Assembly: GCF_902459465.1 (NCBI RefSeq)
Contig: NC_047065.1
Location: 7,006,001-7,070,000, forward strand
Source of the DNA: Asterias rubens
Taxonomy: Eukaryota
DNA length: 64,000 nt
Direction of reading: 5' to 3'
Below, one piece after another: positions 48,082 to 61,741 of the stretch. How positions within the stretch are numbered: position 1 is the stretch's first letter; every line of letters starts with the position of its first letter. The notes below the pieces were generated by a model that saw nothing but the letters and a program-made list of their open reading frames with translations, did no database searches and had not been told where the DNA came from. The position numbers were made by a program, and so were the translations under genes.

Positions 48082-50201
48082 ACACCTCTACGACAGCCGC
48101 GTCCGGAAAACTTTAACTAAAATCTACTTATATGTCCATTATTATGTTTAAGGCCAAGACATATCCTAATATCACTTGCTACCAACAATGGGCATTCAAA
48201 AGTAAAGGCATCAAAGGTATTGATCCGCAAAGAAATTGTCTGATTATATCGAAACTATTTCACCTGAAATCAATAAAACTATGTCAAAGATGTTGATTCA
48301 AAAATCCCCGAAAGGTAGCCTGAACATCTGACGTCACACTTCGGGCTGTATGACCGGATGCTGCTAGATGTACATTTGACATCGTATTTATTTCACACGG
48401 AGATTGGCAGTCACCTCACACGTGCATGTAAATATAACAATAAAACAACATTACATCATGTACACGCTGCACGATCGAAGTTGCACGATGATGAAATTAC
48501 ATCACCCGGACCAACCCTAACACAGATATGGAATACGGCCAGAGATGGCGAATATTTTTGCCAGTTTATTTTCAGTGCTCCTTTTACAAGTGGCATTACA
48601 ACCAGTGATCAGTCACGCTGAGGATGGACATGTCATCTGCACAAATGTGCTATGAAGCAGCTATGTTGGTTTCCAACTTAATCTGGGTCATCACAGAGCA
48701 AACAGTGATTTCCAAAGCCAATCAATAATTTGTCTTGTCACAGCGCGTGTAAAAATATATATGACAGGTCCATGAGGTTAGACAAACCGTCAGTGCTGTC
48801 AAACTTCGCGCTTAAGCACCTCACAGACCCGCCAGGTTGTTGGAAAAACGGTGATATCAAAATATAAAAAAGGCGATGCCACGTCCAGTAGTAAGCCAGT
48901 CCCCCAAGGAGCCTCAAGCAGTTCCTGTGGGTCATCACTTCCGTAGACAATTATTGTTCAACGGCGACAACAAATCGAAACTTTGCCTTAGAAAATTGTC
49001 TCACCGTTGAGTTTTAACGTTGAGACAACATGTACACCGCGCTGTCTTGGGCGAGTGGGCCTCCCCAGAGAGATATCGTCACACGAGCTAGTTCAATAAC
49101 TGTGGCCTGCGAAGGGATAGAAGCTCAAGTCCTAAGTAAATGACGCATTACATGTATACCTAGACTGTCTCGCCAACTGCTCTCAGAATGTTTTGTTTGT
49201 GTCTCTGAGTGACCTTCTCTCTAAGATCGTGAGGATATTAGGAAACCTTCTTGTAACGACTAAAGAAGCTTTAAAGGGGAAGATCTGGGTTTGGGTTTTT
49301 TTTTTTTTGGGGGGGGGGGTGAGGAGAGTGTTTTCATAGATGGTAATAGTTCTGATCAGTGGGAATTTCTTCGTCACAAAATCTTTGCTTTCATGTGTCT
49401 GCGAAAATGGCTCGTTATGCAAAGGCTTAGAGCACTTGCTTCTTTCCAGTTTGTGATGATAACCTTTATCTGCATGAATTCCCTTTCCCTCGCTGGTCAT
49501 ATTTAAAATGTTTTCAAAGAATCTGACATTTTTATAAGTGTTTGCAGAACATTCAAAGGTGGCTTAACACATATGTACATGTTTTTGTGCACATAAACGT
49601 TAGTATAAAATATAAAGTGTAATGATGTGTTTCATGTGAATTCGTTTGAACCAGTCTATGTATAAAAGATGTGGTTTATGATGAAATTAAGTCATTGGAA
49701 AGGCCTACCACTTCAAAGTCGTAGTATTTCCTCTTCCTGTCTGTGTGAGAATTCACTATCGTATACGCCTGAGAACCTTAGGTGAATTTTAGCGTCTTAC
49801 AATAATATTGTCTTTAATATTAAGTCACTCTTACACCAATTGGAAAGGGGCTGAAAATAAAGCCCTCTTCGCAGATTCACGTCTTAGAGAAATGCAGATG
49901 AAACGGATAGGGTTTGCGCAACAACTCAAATACAGCATATTTGCAGCAATATAAACCCAGGCTTTTCGTTAAATCGCAGAGCCTTTTTTTTCCTTTTTTT
50001 TCTTCATGCGAATTACGAAAGCGAAGCGAATATTTTTACGTCGTAGCCTGTACTTCGCCACCGTTGTGCTTTAGCATGACCGGATGCGTTGTTTGCAGTT
50101 CTATGTTTGAGCTCCATGGTTTGAGTGGGTCTGTGTGTTGGTTTTTCCAACGAGTACAAAATATGACTCGATCCGCTGGAAAGGTGTGATGATTTACGAT
50201 A

Positions 50202-50365
50202 GGCCCTTTTCGAAACGACGGCTTCAGCTTTGGAGTCGGCTCAGGCTAGCTTGCCCCCGCCGGTTGCATTTGCGGGTACTTTGTGTAAATGCACTCGGGG
50301 CTTCAGACGAGAAAACGGAGCCTAAAGCTGAATCTAAAGCCGAAGCCGTGGTTTCAAAAAGGGCC
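50202..50365. mobile_element. 164-bp MITE with GGCCC termini and a 3-bp ATA duplication (Harbinger-like)
   Basis: ATA|GGCCCTTTTCGAAACGACGGCTTC ... GAAGCCGTGGTTTCAAAAAGGGCC|ATA. Confidence 0.85.
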
Positions 50366-51011
50366 ATAGAGTTTCCACTCCCTCCAAGTATAATCACACA
50401 TTGGTACAACAGTACAGGTCAGGAAGAAAAACCTGTACTTATTACATCAAAACGGTCAACAACGGAAGTAAACACTACTTATTATATTAAGACGGTATCC
50501 AAACTGAAATCACGACACTGGCTCTCCAGGTCACAGTATTTACTCTAGTGATAGATGACTGTCACCTTATTTGATCATAAGTGAAAGCACTTTAATCATA
50601 AGAGTACAATCAGCTCACAATAGAAAGCTTCGCCATTCAACAACCTGGTTACAAAACAATGTTAAAAAATATTGCTCTAAAATTTTGAGCTCTGCAATAA
50701 AGATATTTATTTTAAAAGCACGGTGCGTTGAACAATAATTACTTTGTAGCCATCTAGATAAAAAAAAATCAGTGACGGTATAATACGTGCTATTCAATGT
50801 AAGCTATAATATTAAATAAAGAAGAGCATTTGATTCATAAATAGTAAATCCAACATGAGATCCATTGTCATTGTCACATTTGCAGATATACATCTTAAAA
50901 CAATATCAATGTACACATAATCGGAGACATTATTATCAAAACCCTGAGTCTTGGCTGTTGTCAGCACATGCTGACATTATAATGTACGTCCACTTTTCTC
51001 ATATCTCTTCA

Positions 51012-51055
51012 GTCTCCTGACGATGACTAGAGCAAGATAGTCGAAACGTTGAGAC
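51012..51055 (+). ncRNA. Minimal type I hammerhead ribozyme motif (Penelope-like pLTR type)
   Basis: GUCUC-CUGACGA-U-GACUA(gagcaaga)UAGUC-GAAA-CGUU-GAGAC: stem I GUCUC/GAGAC, complete core, 5-bp stem II, palindromic ACGU stem III. Confidence 0.7.
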
Positions 51056-52365
51056 AAATTTTGAGAACTCACTCCGATGTAGTGCAGTTAATAACGGTCC
51101 TATAAGCTAAAGTATGTAATACTCCGAACCGATTTTCTATACCCTCCTCCTCCCAGGTAGTAGTTTATGAAAGGAGTGAGAAGTCTCACGAAAACCCGAT
51201 ATATATGCTCCACAGTTACAGAATATAGCAAGACAGTTCTCTAAAGAACAAACTGTACCTGGCAAGTACATACACACATGGTGTAACCGAAAACCAAATA
51301 TATGTTGACACCTCCCCATCGATGCCTCAAATCATGTATCCATTGTCTTAACCATAACAACACGAGTGTCAGCTCATATCCCATGACATTCCAAGCTGGA
51401 CCATGACACACGTCCTTATAGTGATGTCAACCAAACATGGGGCAGTAATTTGATTAGGAGGGGCAAGACAAAACTCTGCCAGCATTGCGTATAAACTCAA
51501 TTTCATGATGTCACTGTCGATGGTACAGGGGAAACCAAGTTACAGGCTATATAACTTAATTTATTAAGCCAACAAACAATTAAGCAAAAATTTACCCAGA
51601 CAATGTTTGGGCATGTATCAACAACACACTTAGATGTGAAACAAAAAGAGGGAGAAAAAAAACTCTTAAAATATAAAGCCATTGATGATTTCAACAACCC
51701 TAGTGAGATGACATGAGTGCGTTTACATTGACTAGTATCCGAAATATAAAGCAATCATTTATCAAGGCATGTTTGGGCTTACAGTGGTGTTCCTATGTCA
51801 TGCAAGAATAAGTAGAATGTGAAGCTAACGAGAGGCGTTGGCTGAAACCTCGTTTATAACGACATTGAACACAATATCTGACATTATTATTTATTCATTG
51901 CTAGTTATTTCTTTGTGGCAATGATTCGAGCGGGATTCGCTTGAACGATTTGAGTTGTATAACCTGAAGGTATAAAATGCAGAGGAGGAAGTGACTTTTG
52001 GATGTTGAATAAAACCACTGAAAATCCCAAGCTGTCAATTAAGAACCGAAAACCCGGATTCAAACCGGATTTCCACAGAGATGAAAGGCGTGGAAAGTGG
52101 ACAGATAATTTCGGATAGAAAGGTTCCATCACCAGTTTACTAATCTATCCTTTACAAATCTGTTTACAAGCTCGTTGCCATAGACACTGATTCATACCAG
52201 ATTCACACACACACGGGAAGGGTTGGAGCATGACAACAGGGCTCAATTTCATATAGCTGCTAAGCACAAAAATTTGCTTAGCATGAAATTTCTTTCTAAA
52301 TTAAAACAGGATTACCAACCAAATTTCCGTTTGTTGCCTATTGCAACTGGTATTCAGTTGTTGTT

Positions 52366-52633
52366 CTGGGCCTTAATTCACTCCTTAAACCATCTCAGCT
52401 CCCTGGGGAGTATACAGCCTCGTGCAACAAATGCGCTACTCGGCTAAATCAATCACAAGAACCATATCTGCCCTCACATGTACCCATTTACCCATGGGTG
52501 GAGAGAAGCAATAATAGTTAAGTGTCTTGCTTAGGGACACAAGTGTCACGACCGGGATTCGAACTCAAACTCTGCTGAACAGAATCAGCAGAGCTTGAAT
52601 TTGGTGCTCATAACCGCTCGGCCACGACACCCC
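52366..52633 (-). mobile_element. tRNA-Leu(CAA)-like SINE with the same head as 23703 but a different central domain (ctctccacccatgggtaaatgggtac)
   Basis: A box TGGCCGAGCGG, B box AGTTCGAATCCC, gtgtccctaagcaagacactt. Confidence 0.85.
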
Positions 52634-52639
52634 ATTGGT

Positions 52640-52842
52640 GGTTGATTTCGAAACCTAAAGTTCTAAATCTGAGGTCTCGAAATCAAATTCATGGAAAATT
52701 ACTTCTATCTCGAAAACTACGTCACTTCAGAGGGAGCTGTTTCTCACAATATACTACAATCAACCTCTCCCCATTATTCGCCACCAAGAAAGGTTTTATG
52801 CTAATAATTATTTTGAGTAATTACCAATAGTGTTCACTGCCT
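52640..52842. mobile_element. Right half of a family A MITE starting at the hairpin
   Basis: gttgatttcgaaacct... CACTGCCT|TTAA. Confidence 0.85.
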
Positions 52843-53246
52843 TTAACGTGTTCATCCCGATATGTGGAGATTGTGCAGCAATTCACAAGAACCAGAAACC
52901 TTGAACCCTAATACAATAATTGATGATTTCAGCATACACACGTTTGGTTTCAGGTTGCAATTACTATGAACTATGAAAAGCCCTGTCCACAGTCAAACTC
53001 ACGATTAAAGTTGAAATTGATCGACCATTTTCTGATTAATTGGAAATGAAAACAACACGTGCCACGTATTGTGTTAATCTACGAGAGTCCACCTTAAAAA
53101 GTTGATTAACTTTGGATTCATGGTAATTTAATTTCAGAACGATTCAAGTTGCCATAACAACTAATCCATATCACAACATCGGAAACACTAGTCAAGGTCC
53201 CATGTATTTAAAACATTTGGTACGGTTTTGTGACAACAGGTTTTAA

Positions 53247-53592
53247 AGACACACCTGACACTATAAGTAAAAACTCAAAATAATTGTTGGCTTAAAAACT
53301 TACTTGGTATCGAGCAATGGAGAGCTATTAATATAGTATAAATCATTGTGGGAAAAGGCTGCCTCTGAAGTTTTTGAGAAAGATATACTTTCTTACTCGA
53401 ATAATAAAGACTTCAATTGAAGCCTTTTACTATGCAACTGAAGACACACAAATATTTTTTTTTTCATTATTCTCTTGCAACTTCGATGACCGATTGAGCC
53501 AAATTTTGCACAGGTTTGTTTTGTATGCACATGATGAGATACACCAAGTTAGAATACTGATATTTTGACAATTACCAACGGTGTCCACCGCT
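53247..53592. mobile_element. Family E MITE
   Basis: TTAA|AGACACACCTGACAC ... GTGTCCACCGCT|TTTA. Confidence 0.8.
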
Positions 53593-54099
53593 TTTAGCAA
53601 CATAGAATGACTGTAACTAATGGAGTTGACTACATCATATAACATACAGCCAGTCTTAAGGAGCGGCCAATTTGAGACAAGAGCTAACACTGCCTTAAGA
53701 TGTGTTTGAATCTCAAGTGCTGAGCAAAGTGTGAAGTGACAATACAAATCACTATGGTGATATTAACAACTTGTCTTAAGACGAATCCAAGTCCTTTTGT
53801 TAAATCTGAGCCCAGGTGTCTTTCTTGGCCAACAGGATAACTACATAAAAGCAGCTTTTATTTGTTAATTTCCTTCAAATTAAAAGCAAGGTTACGTCTG
53901 CAAACGGACAATGAAATAGTTTGGCACAATACATGCTCGATACAAAAAGGATCTTTTCGAAATCAAGATTTTAGCTTATTGTCTGGCTAAGGCTCAATCT
54001 CTGGATATGCTTTAGGTGGAGCTTCAAACATGCGGAAGAACACGGTCTACGTTTACATACAGAGTTTGCTTTGATTTGTTACAGGGTTTGGCCACAACT

Positions 54100-54620
54100 A
54101 GGTCCGGGTGACGTCTAGGTACAGCGGGTTCAGGATATCTACTATTGGGGTTGGGCTACGTTTAGGTGAAGTGGGTTTGGGCTTCTATTAGGTTTGGGTC
54201 ATACCTACAGCGGGGATTTTGCTAGCCTGGGCTACGTTTGGGTACAGCGGTTTTGGGCAACTATTAGGTTTGTGTTACGTTTGGGTACAGCGGGTTTGGG
54301 CTACTATTAGGTTTGTGGTACGTTTTGGTACAGCGGGTTTGGGCTACTATTAGGTCTGGTCACGTTTTCGTACAGCGGGGATTTGCTAGCCTGGGCTACG
54401 CTTGGGTACAACGGGTTTGGGCTTAACTATTAGGTTTGGGTTACGTTTGAGTACAGCGGGTTTGGGCTACTATTAGATCTGGGCTACGTTTACGCTCTGC
54501 GGGGATTTTGCTGGCTACGTTTGGGTACAACGTGTTTGGGCTACAATGAGGTCTGGTCTACGTCATAGGTACAGGGTTTTGGCTACATTTTGCTTGGGGT
54601 TAATTTTGGTCTAGGGCTTT
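54100..54620. repeat. G-rich ~43-bp minisatellite with higher-order structure
   Basis: gggctacgtttgggtacagcgggtttgggctactattaggttt units; variant ggggattttgctagcct recurs every 3-4 units. Confidence 0.9.
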
Positions 54621-55939
54621 GTAAACTGTGCCGTGTTTCACTGTTTACACTCACTACACGAACCAAAACGATATAATAATGCACCAATGACATTAGGTTG
54701 TCGTTTGTCAACTTGGTCGAGTAATTCAACCTTCATGATAAAATTGCAGGAAAACCTATTTTTAAGAAAATTGCAAAGCTAACTTGATTATCTGAAGAAA
54801 ACATGTGAGTCGAGGGCCTTGAATATTGAATTATATCTGAGTCAAGAACTGGTACGCATCTTTAGATAAAAATGAGGTGCAAAGTAACAACTCTACTTCT
54901 GGTGTGCCAAGGCCCTTTATAGAGATGCAACATGGGGCAGGGTTCGGTATCATAAAGTGTTAAGATTTATATTAACAGATAAATCGAAATTGCCGAGGAA
55001 ATGGTGTCATATAGACGATGTGACCCATATGTTTACATTCAAACCGCCCTCTGTTAAAAAACACTGTATACGTCATGTTTCGCCGGGCAAAAAGACACGT
55101 CGTCATGGTAAGATTGCATACACTTTCTAGATGAAACTGATGAGTGCTTTGTGATATTGACCCACAGGCTTTTATGAATTTACATTAGCAATAATTGTCA
55201 TGGTTGCCGATTTGATGTTTACTGATGATATTAAGGTTTTTCGGCATCGAATGGTGAGGTTTCACTGTCTTTCACGCCAATCCAGGCCGATTTCCTACCC
55301 ATCAGTAGTACTTAAATGACAGTACAGTTAGTTCTTTTTAGAGTAAAAGTGTCCGAAATTTCCAAAATCTACTCAGCGGTGAGAGAACAATAGCAGAAAA
55401 AGTTGTTATAGGGTTAATCGCTACAGCAAAGTGAATCACTGCAAACAGCGTTCATATAACTGTAAAATTGTTTCCACTTCACTCTCCTGAATCAATATTA
55501 AGCACACTTTCGGAAATGTTAATCATGTTGTTTTAACTGCAATGTTACTCATTGCACAGGTCAATGCTGGAGCTTTGATACCCAAACGAAACTCTCTACC
55601 AATAGAAAATAGCAACAGCAAAAGCAAACTCATCAAAGGTCTCTATCCAGCCAGGAAATGTGAAACTTGCCAATGCAGTTTAAACAACAAAACTCTCCAT
55701 TCGTTGCCAGGTTAAACCTTTAGCCAATTTGCGAATGAATGTTTAAACCATGGTATCCCATACACGTTCTCTTGACATGGTGTATACTTAGGCGAAACCG
55801 TACCTTAACTTTTGACGAATGCTTATGTACACATAAGTCCGTGAGCTATCAATTATAAAACGACGAGCCATGCTCCGGAGGAACTCGGCGGGACATAATG
55901 GGTCCAGTTTCATAGCGCAGTTTGGAGTCACTAGAGACG

Positions 55940-56228
55940 ATTGGCAAATGTCAACGACCAGTGTTCTCTCTGAGTGTATCCCAACATCATATGCATAAAA
56001 TAACAGATCTGTGAAAATTTGACTCAATTTGTCTTGGAAGTTGCAAGAGAATAATGAAAGAAACAACATTCTTGTTATTGTGTGCTTTACTATACTACTA
56101 CGTTAGAGGGAGCCGTTTCTCGCAATGTTTCGTAACATCAACAGCTCCCCATTACTCGTTACCAAGTAAGTTTGTAAGTTTTCATGCTAACAACTATTTT
56201 CAGTAATTACCAACAGGGTACAGTGCCT
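55940..56228. mobile_element. A/E-type MITE, left end eroded
   Basis: Collinear body; CAGTGCCT|TTAA. Confidence 0.8.
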
Positions 56229-59200
56229 TTAACGGCTGATTTTCGTCACATAAAAAGGTATGCTAACCTTCCGGTGCTCACTGCACGAAAACGAATGACG
56301 TCACAATGCAAAACGCGCAAGATCGCTGCTTAATTTTCTTGCTAACCTGCGAACTACGCTTACACCTTAGCAATTCTTTTCTGCCACAGTAAGCACGAAA
56401 ATATGCTTGCCGTTAAGCAGCGCTTTGAAATTGGTCCCAGTACGGCAAACTAAACTAACAAAACTGTCACAACATCTCTTTTCAGAAACTTACTAATTGA
56501 GACGAGTCTGCAACCAGACCGTTACGATGAGACAGGCGATATCATCTGACCATAAAATGACGACGACTGCATGCCGTGATTCACACAATGTTGCTACAGT
56601 TGCCACGATTTGACCTTTAGTGTACACAACCTTCGATGTCACACTGTGTCACCCCATGGTTAAATTTGCCAACTTATGTTAGCTTTCTGAACTAGTACTC
56701 TAACAGAACATTAAATTATTGAGAAATTACAGTTAAATTATTGAGAAATTACAGTTATCTGGTGCAAACAAATTACCAACCAAAATGACATATAATACAA
56801 ATGCACAGCCTACCAGTGTGTGGTTGGCAAATACCAATCTCGATTCAAAGTTACCATCTAGAACTTTTGGATGCACTTTTTAAGCACGACGAAATTTCAA
56901 AGCTTCACTTTGAACTAAATTTTGTAGTACTTGAGCGATCTTGTTTTTCACGAGATATCTATTTAATTTTGTTCAAAGTGTTTGTTTACCATTTAAATGT
57001 AATTTTGATATTTTTCGTAATTTTCGACTAAAAAATCAGGCCCAAACCTTAAGGTTTTGAAAAACTAAAAAGAACTTCTGCCGTAACGGCGTGCGTAAAA
57101 ATGACAATGCTTTGACGTCATGATTGGGAGGTTGCTTTGTTATACCTGAACGCTGCAACAAAGCGGCTATACAAATTGGAGCTCCAATTGTGACGTAACA
57201 TGAGTGATGGCGTAACAGAGCTTTTCGCGTATTTTTCAGAAAAGCGCTAGATTAGGGTGTTCGAAGTGATTGGGTTTTTTTTTTCAATTCAATTCTATTT
57301 ATAATCATATGACTCGATTTTCTTGTGTGGATGTCAGAAAATTGCATTTGAAACCTCTACATCACCGTAGCTTATTCAGCAATCCAAATACAAGGATGAC
57401 ATTATGAAAGTTCACAAAACGCCGTGATAAAAATGTTTTACTGTTCAAAGTGACCATGTATGTCTGGCGAAATTTGCACATAACGGTTGTGTGGTGTATT
57501 TATAACGAAAACTGGACGATGGGGATGAATTAGGTGCTGTATTCTGCAGTATTCTGCAGAGCGTGTACATTCATGCAACCTCACTCCCAGGGGTGATTAA
57601 TCTCGTCGCACCATTTTCCCCAAGCCTGCCTTGCTCGTCACTGACGAGGCCTACCGATACGACTCACTGCCCATGGAAGAAGGGGTGACATTCACGTCAT
57701 TTGTAAGCAATGAAATAAGGTATTGGTAATAGCAAAGAGCAGATACGAGTAAAAGGTCTTAACTTGCAGTGAACTATAAGGTGTTTCACTGTAAAGTATG
57801 GTACACTATGCCATGGAGGTAGAAATAATTAATTGTAAAGGAGTGAAAAGGCACTCTTTGTATTGCCCTATAACGGACAACTCTTTTTTGAGTGGTCTAC
57901 CACCTCTTTAAGATTGAAGTTTGCATCTTTTTTAGTGATTTTTCACTCTGTTCTGGAGTGAAACGCCTCTAAAAGAGTGAAATAACCACCACTATTTTTA
58001 AAGAGCCATTATGACGGACAACTCGAAATGTAGAGAGTTGTGTTTTTCACTCTTGTACATTTAGAGAGTAGTTATAGGCCCCTTCCTATAAGGTTTTGTT
58101 TAAACTGGCACATAACAACAAGGAACTAACTACAGTTGGCGTCAAATTTTACGGTGTGGCACTGCTGACATCAACGATATTTGGGCGACACCAAATACAG
58201 AACGACCATCAATCTTTCATTTGGTGCCGTCTGGACCAAAGGTAAAAAACAACATCATTACAATAATACAACTGGCAACATTGAACACGTATACAAAACC
58301 AAAACTCCCAAAAGAAACTCGTACCAATCGTCTATTTAGTCACTGTCAATGGTGCTTCAAGCTTATTGCATTGTGTGAACAAAAAAGTAACTAATACTAA
58401 ATAATAAACTTGCGGATGAATTATATTTCTTTTGAGGGAGTGTTTGCTCTGAAACCACCCGGCTCTTTTTAGAGCCAACACTCACTCAAAAGAGATATTA
58501 TACATTGTTTTAGCCGCAAGTTTTATTTAGTAGTTATAGTTAATACTTCTTGTGGGTACTGTATCAATACAAACCAACTTACAAGCCCCAAAGCATGTTA
58601 TTTTTTAGAAATTTCTTTATTAAACCATGGAGGATAATCTCCTTCCTCCATGCTAAACCAGTAGTTATTATACGTTTACCTTTAAGGTATATAACTTTAT
58701 AATTAGCTTATCTATGCGGCATCCACCGTACCATCTTGAAGAATTTCTGCTCCATTTACTTGCGGCCATCCAACAGCCTTCGACTCAACTTCCCGCATGA
58801 ACAGGGATCCCATCACGAAGGGACAGTCCTCCGTATACACGCTAAGATTGAGCGGCACTCACACACAGAGATATCCTCGCTTGCCTAGCTTTGTAGGTTG
58901 GGTCGATAGGGATGCTGAGCAGTGCATCATGATGTTGGCTGCTTGCTGTCCCGCTGCTGACAAACACCACGCAATGAGCAACCGAATAGTTCGATCTGGT
59001 AATGCTGAAGGGTGGTCAATACGGAACTGCGATCCATAGGTATGCATTTCGGGGAATCTTCGCCACTGTGGGTAAGGTTACCAACAATGAATAAGTAGCT
59101 TCCCTGCCCGACCACCAAGATGCAGGGGGACATGTTGGTTTCCATGAAACACGGCGGTTGCACACAAACTAATTAAGAACATTAAAACAGACATGCCAGT

Positions 59201-59516
59201 TTCATATCACCAAAGACGTTATCAGTCAATAACCAGGGCTCCCCTGTAAAATAACGGCCCTATTATTACACTTCATTTTCAACTTAATTTAGGCTGGTTG
59301 TGGAGCCAAGGACTCTCAGAAAAAAAGCAGTAGCCTATCAAAGGAAGTTTTAGTTTTAGATGTGGGAGTAAACCACAGAAAAGTATACCAGGGAAAACCC
59401 ACACAGTCAGGTATGGACCTTTGAAAACCCCACCCACATAGCGCCCCCCCCCCCCCCCCCGGCGTGAATCGAACCGAGGTGTGGAAAGATACCACTTCGC
59501 CATCAATACCACACCA

Positions 59517-59628
59517 CACCTAAATGTAGGCCCAACCATGAAACCCTAACTGTAACCTGGGCTAGATTGGGGAAAAGGTTTTGGCTTTCAGTACACCCGG
59601 GCTACATGGCTGGGCTGCATTTATGGTG
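59517..59628. mobile_element. Small element with the cctaaatgtag motif as inverted ends
   Basis: cacctaaatgtagg ... gctgcatttatggtg; ccaaccatgaa shared with the 48060 region. Confidence 0.5.
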
Positions 59629-59708
59629 TTTCAAATTCTGTTCGTAAATGTTGAGGTTGCAAACGCGAAACTTAGTGTATTTTAAGTTCCAACACAAATA
59701 ATCATGAG

Positions 59709-59864
59709 CATAGACCTTTTCTCAAATACTGGGGCGCGTGCGTAAAGCTTGGAGTAAGGTGCATTGTGGTCTAGCTGGTGATCAAATTTGATCCATAGCT
59801 ATCCCACAATGCACCCTATTCAACAGTTTGCGCTTGCGCATTGGTATTTGCGAAAGGGTCTATG
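59709..59864. mobile_element. 156-bp foldback MITE (catagacc...ggtctatg)
   Basis: catagaccttttctcaaatac / gtatttgcgaaagggtctatg, with further inverted similarity inward. Confidence 0.8.
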
Positions 59865-60333
59865 GCAAAAAAAACGTTGCTATAATAAAGCACAGACAAA
59901 CCAACCAATGCCTTTCATTCGGTTTTACAAATGGTCGAGTAAACAACCCCAATCGAGTATCGACTCTTTGTGGGATCGAAACCGGAAACGTATTCGGACT
60001 GACTGATCTAGAGCAAGCACAATCGCCGAGTCACTGTTAGAACTATAGATAACCGACATAGACGTATGCCACAATCAGAGTCGTTTGGTTTCAATGGCAA
60101 GTTCAGACACTCAATAAATGAGTCGATTGATTAGCTCGTCCAAGGTTCTGTCGCCAAGGTTGTAATTGAACACCGTTTATGAGGTGTCCTTCGCACGTTA
60201 AAGTGTGGGTGTACCTCTGGTAATTACTCAAAAGATTAATGAACATGGAATAAGACTTGGTATGAAGCACAGCAGCTGTTCATAGTATAAAGCATGTCGA
60301 GAAATTATTCTCTTCAGAAGGAAGGTGGTTTAA

Positions 60334-60520
60334 AGGCACTTGACACTGATCACTTGCTGTATCTCAACATATGCATAAATAACAAACCTGTGAACATTTG
60401 AGCTCGATTTGGTCGTCGGAGTTGCGAGATAACTATACAAGAAAAACACCCTTGTGATTCGAAGTTTGTGTTTTCAGATGCTTGATTTCGAGACCTCAAA
60501 TTCTAAATCTGAAGTCTAAA
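60334..60520. mobile_element. Left part of a family A MITE truncated in the hairpin
   Basis: TTAA|AGGCACTTGACAC ... gagacctcaaattctaaatctgaagtc|. Confidence 0.8.
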
Positions 60521-60955
60521 TTTAAGGTTATTAGACAACTTCTTGATGAGTTTTAAGGTCTACCGCCTGCCGTTGATGAACATTTGCTTCTCGCTTGAAT
60601 GATGATAGATAACAAACAGATGCTTGAGCATCTGATGGTTGATAGTAGCCCTAACGCTAATTACTGGACAGTTAGCCTTGTTGGCCTTGTGAACAATCAT
60701 ACGCAGCGGCAGAGATGGGGTTACACAAGGATCGGTTTTGGGTACCGTTACGCTTCAGTGGTTCAATGCGTCAATCCAAGGGTTAACCCAAAGAAACATA
60801 TCAAATAATGATGATATAAAAACGTGGCTCCCTGATACTTGGACAACTAATTATGCATGTGGTGAATGATCAACAGTGACAGACGATAATGGCTCAACAC
60901 TACCGAACTGTCAGAGCAAAAAAGAGATGTCATTGAGCAGCGATATACTTGTTAA

Positions 60956-61486
60956 AGGGACACACCGGCTCACCGTTTACGCAATTTAGGGGTGTAGAAT
61001 CATAAAATAATAATGTTTTTATAGATGGTTGCTGTAAACAAAATCATCAAAATGTCACGTATTTAGCAAAAAATGATTTTAAAAAACCAAAGCGGCCATA
61101 TAACAAGCTTTCGTTACACGGACTCTTTGAATGTGAATCTTACGTTAGATTTTTCACCATTATTTACATTTTGTAGCGATAATTTGAATACATCTTTTTC
61201 GTCAATTATTCGTAAATAATTTTGTAAAAAAAAGGTTTAAATTTGGTTAAGTAAGTTACTTTTAGACGGCTGAAAGTAAAACTAGCCCGGAAGGTCACGT
61301 GATTGTTTGTACCACTTTTTGGTTAGAACAATCACGCGACCTGCGTTTTTGTCTTAAAATGCTCAAAAACGGCTAAATTTGATGATTTTTTTTAAGGACT
61401 GTTCTTCTTCATTCCTGGAAGACCGTTCAAGTCATATCTTAGTCTATTTTGTAGCCCAAATAGCCCAATTCGGCCGGTGTGTCCCT
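60956..61486. mobile_element. Kolobok-like MITE family D (531 bp)
   Basis: TTAA|AGGGACACACCGGC ... GCCGGTGTGTCCCT|TTAA; internal 15-bp stem at 61293-61341. Confidence 0.88.
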
Positions 61487-61741
61487 TTAATTTATTTATG
61501 CCCTTGTAATTGAATAATTGTGTGCTCACTGTCCATGACCGGGTATACACTGCTTAACAAAACCATTCTATTCGAATGGGTTAGGTTTCTTTGGGAAAAA
61601 AAACCCCAAAATATCAAGGTGCTGAGTTTTGGTTGTGTACTTTTTATTGTACATATTATTATAATTATTTACATAAAATGTGATAATTTGCGTAATACTG
61701 GCAAGAGCCCGTGAGTAGTGCGTATGAAACCGCAGCCTTAA

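Noticed and set aside
50135-50548. Longest ORF (137 aa)
   Set aside because: It spans the 164-bp MITE at 50202-50365; its PKAESKAEA repeats are the TIR.
56640-57460. Transib-like element (cacactg start)
   Set aside because: No matching opposite terminus or 5-bp TSD was found.
57640-57670. CTGACGAG core-like motif
   Set aside because: No downstream GAAA or stem III.
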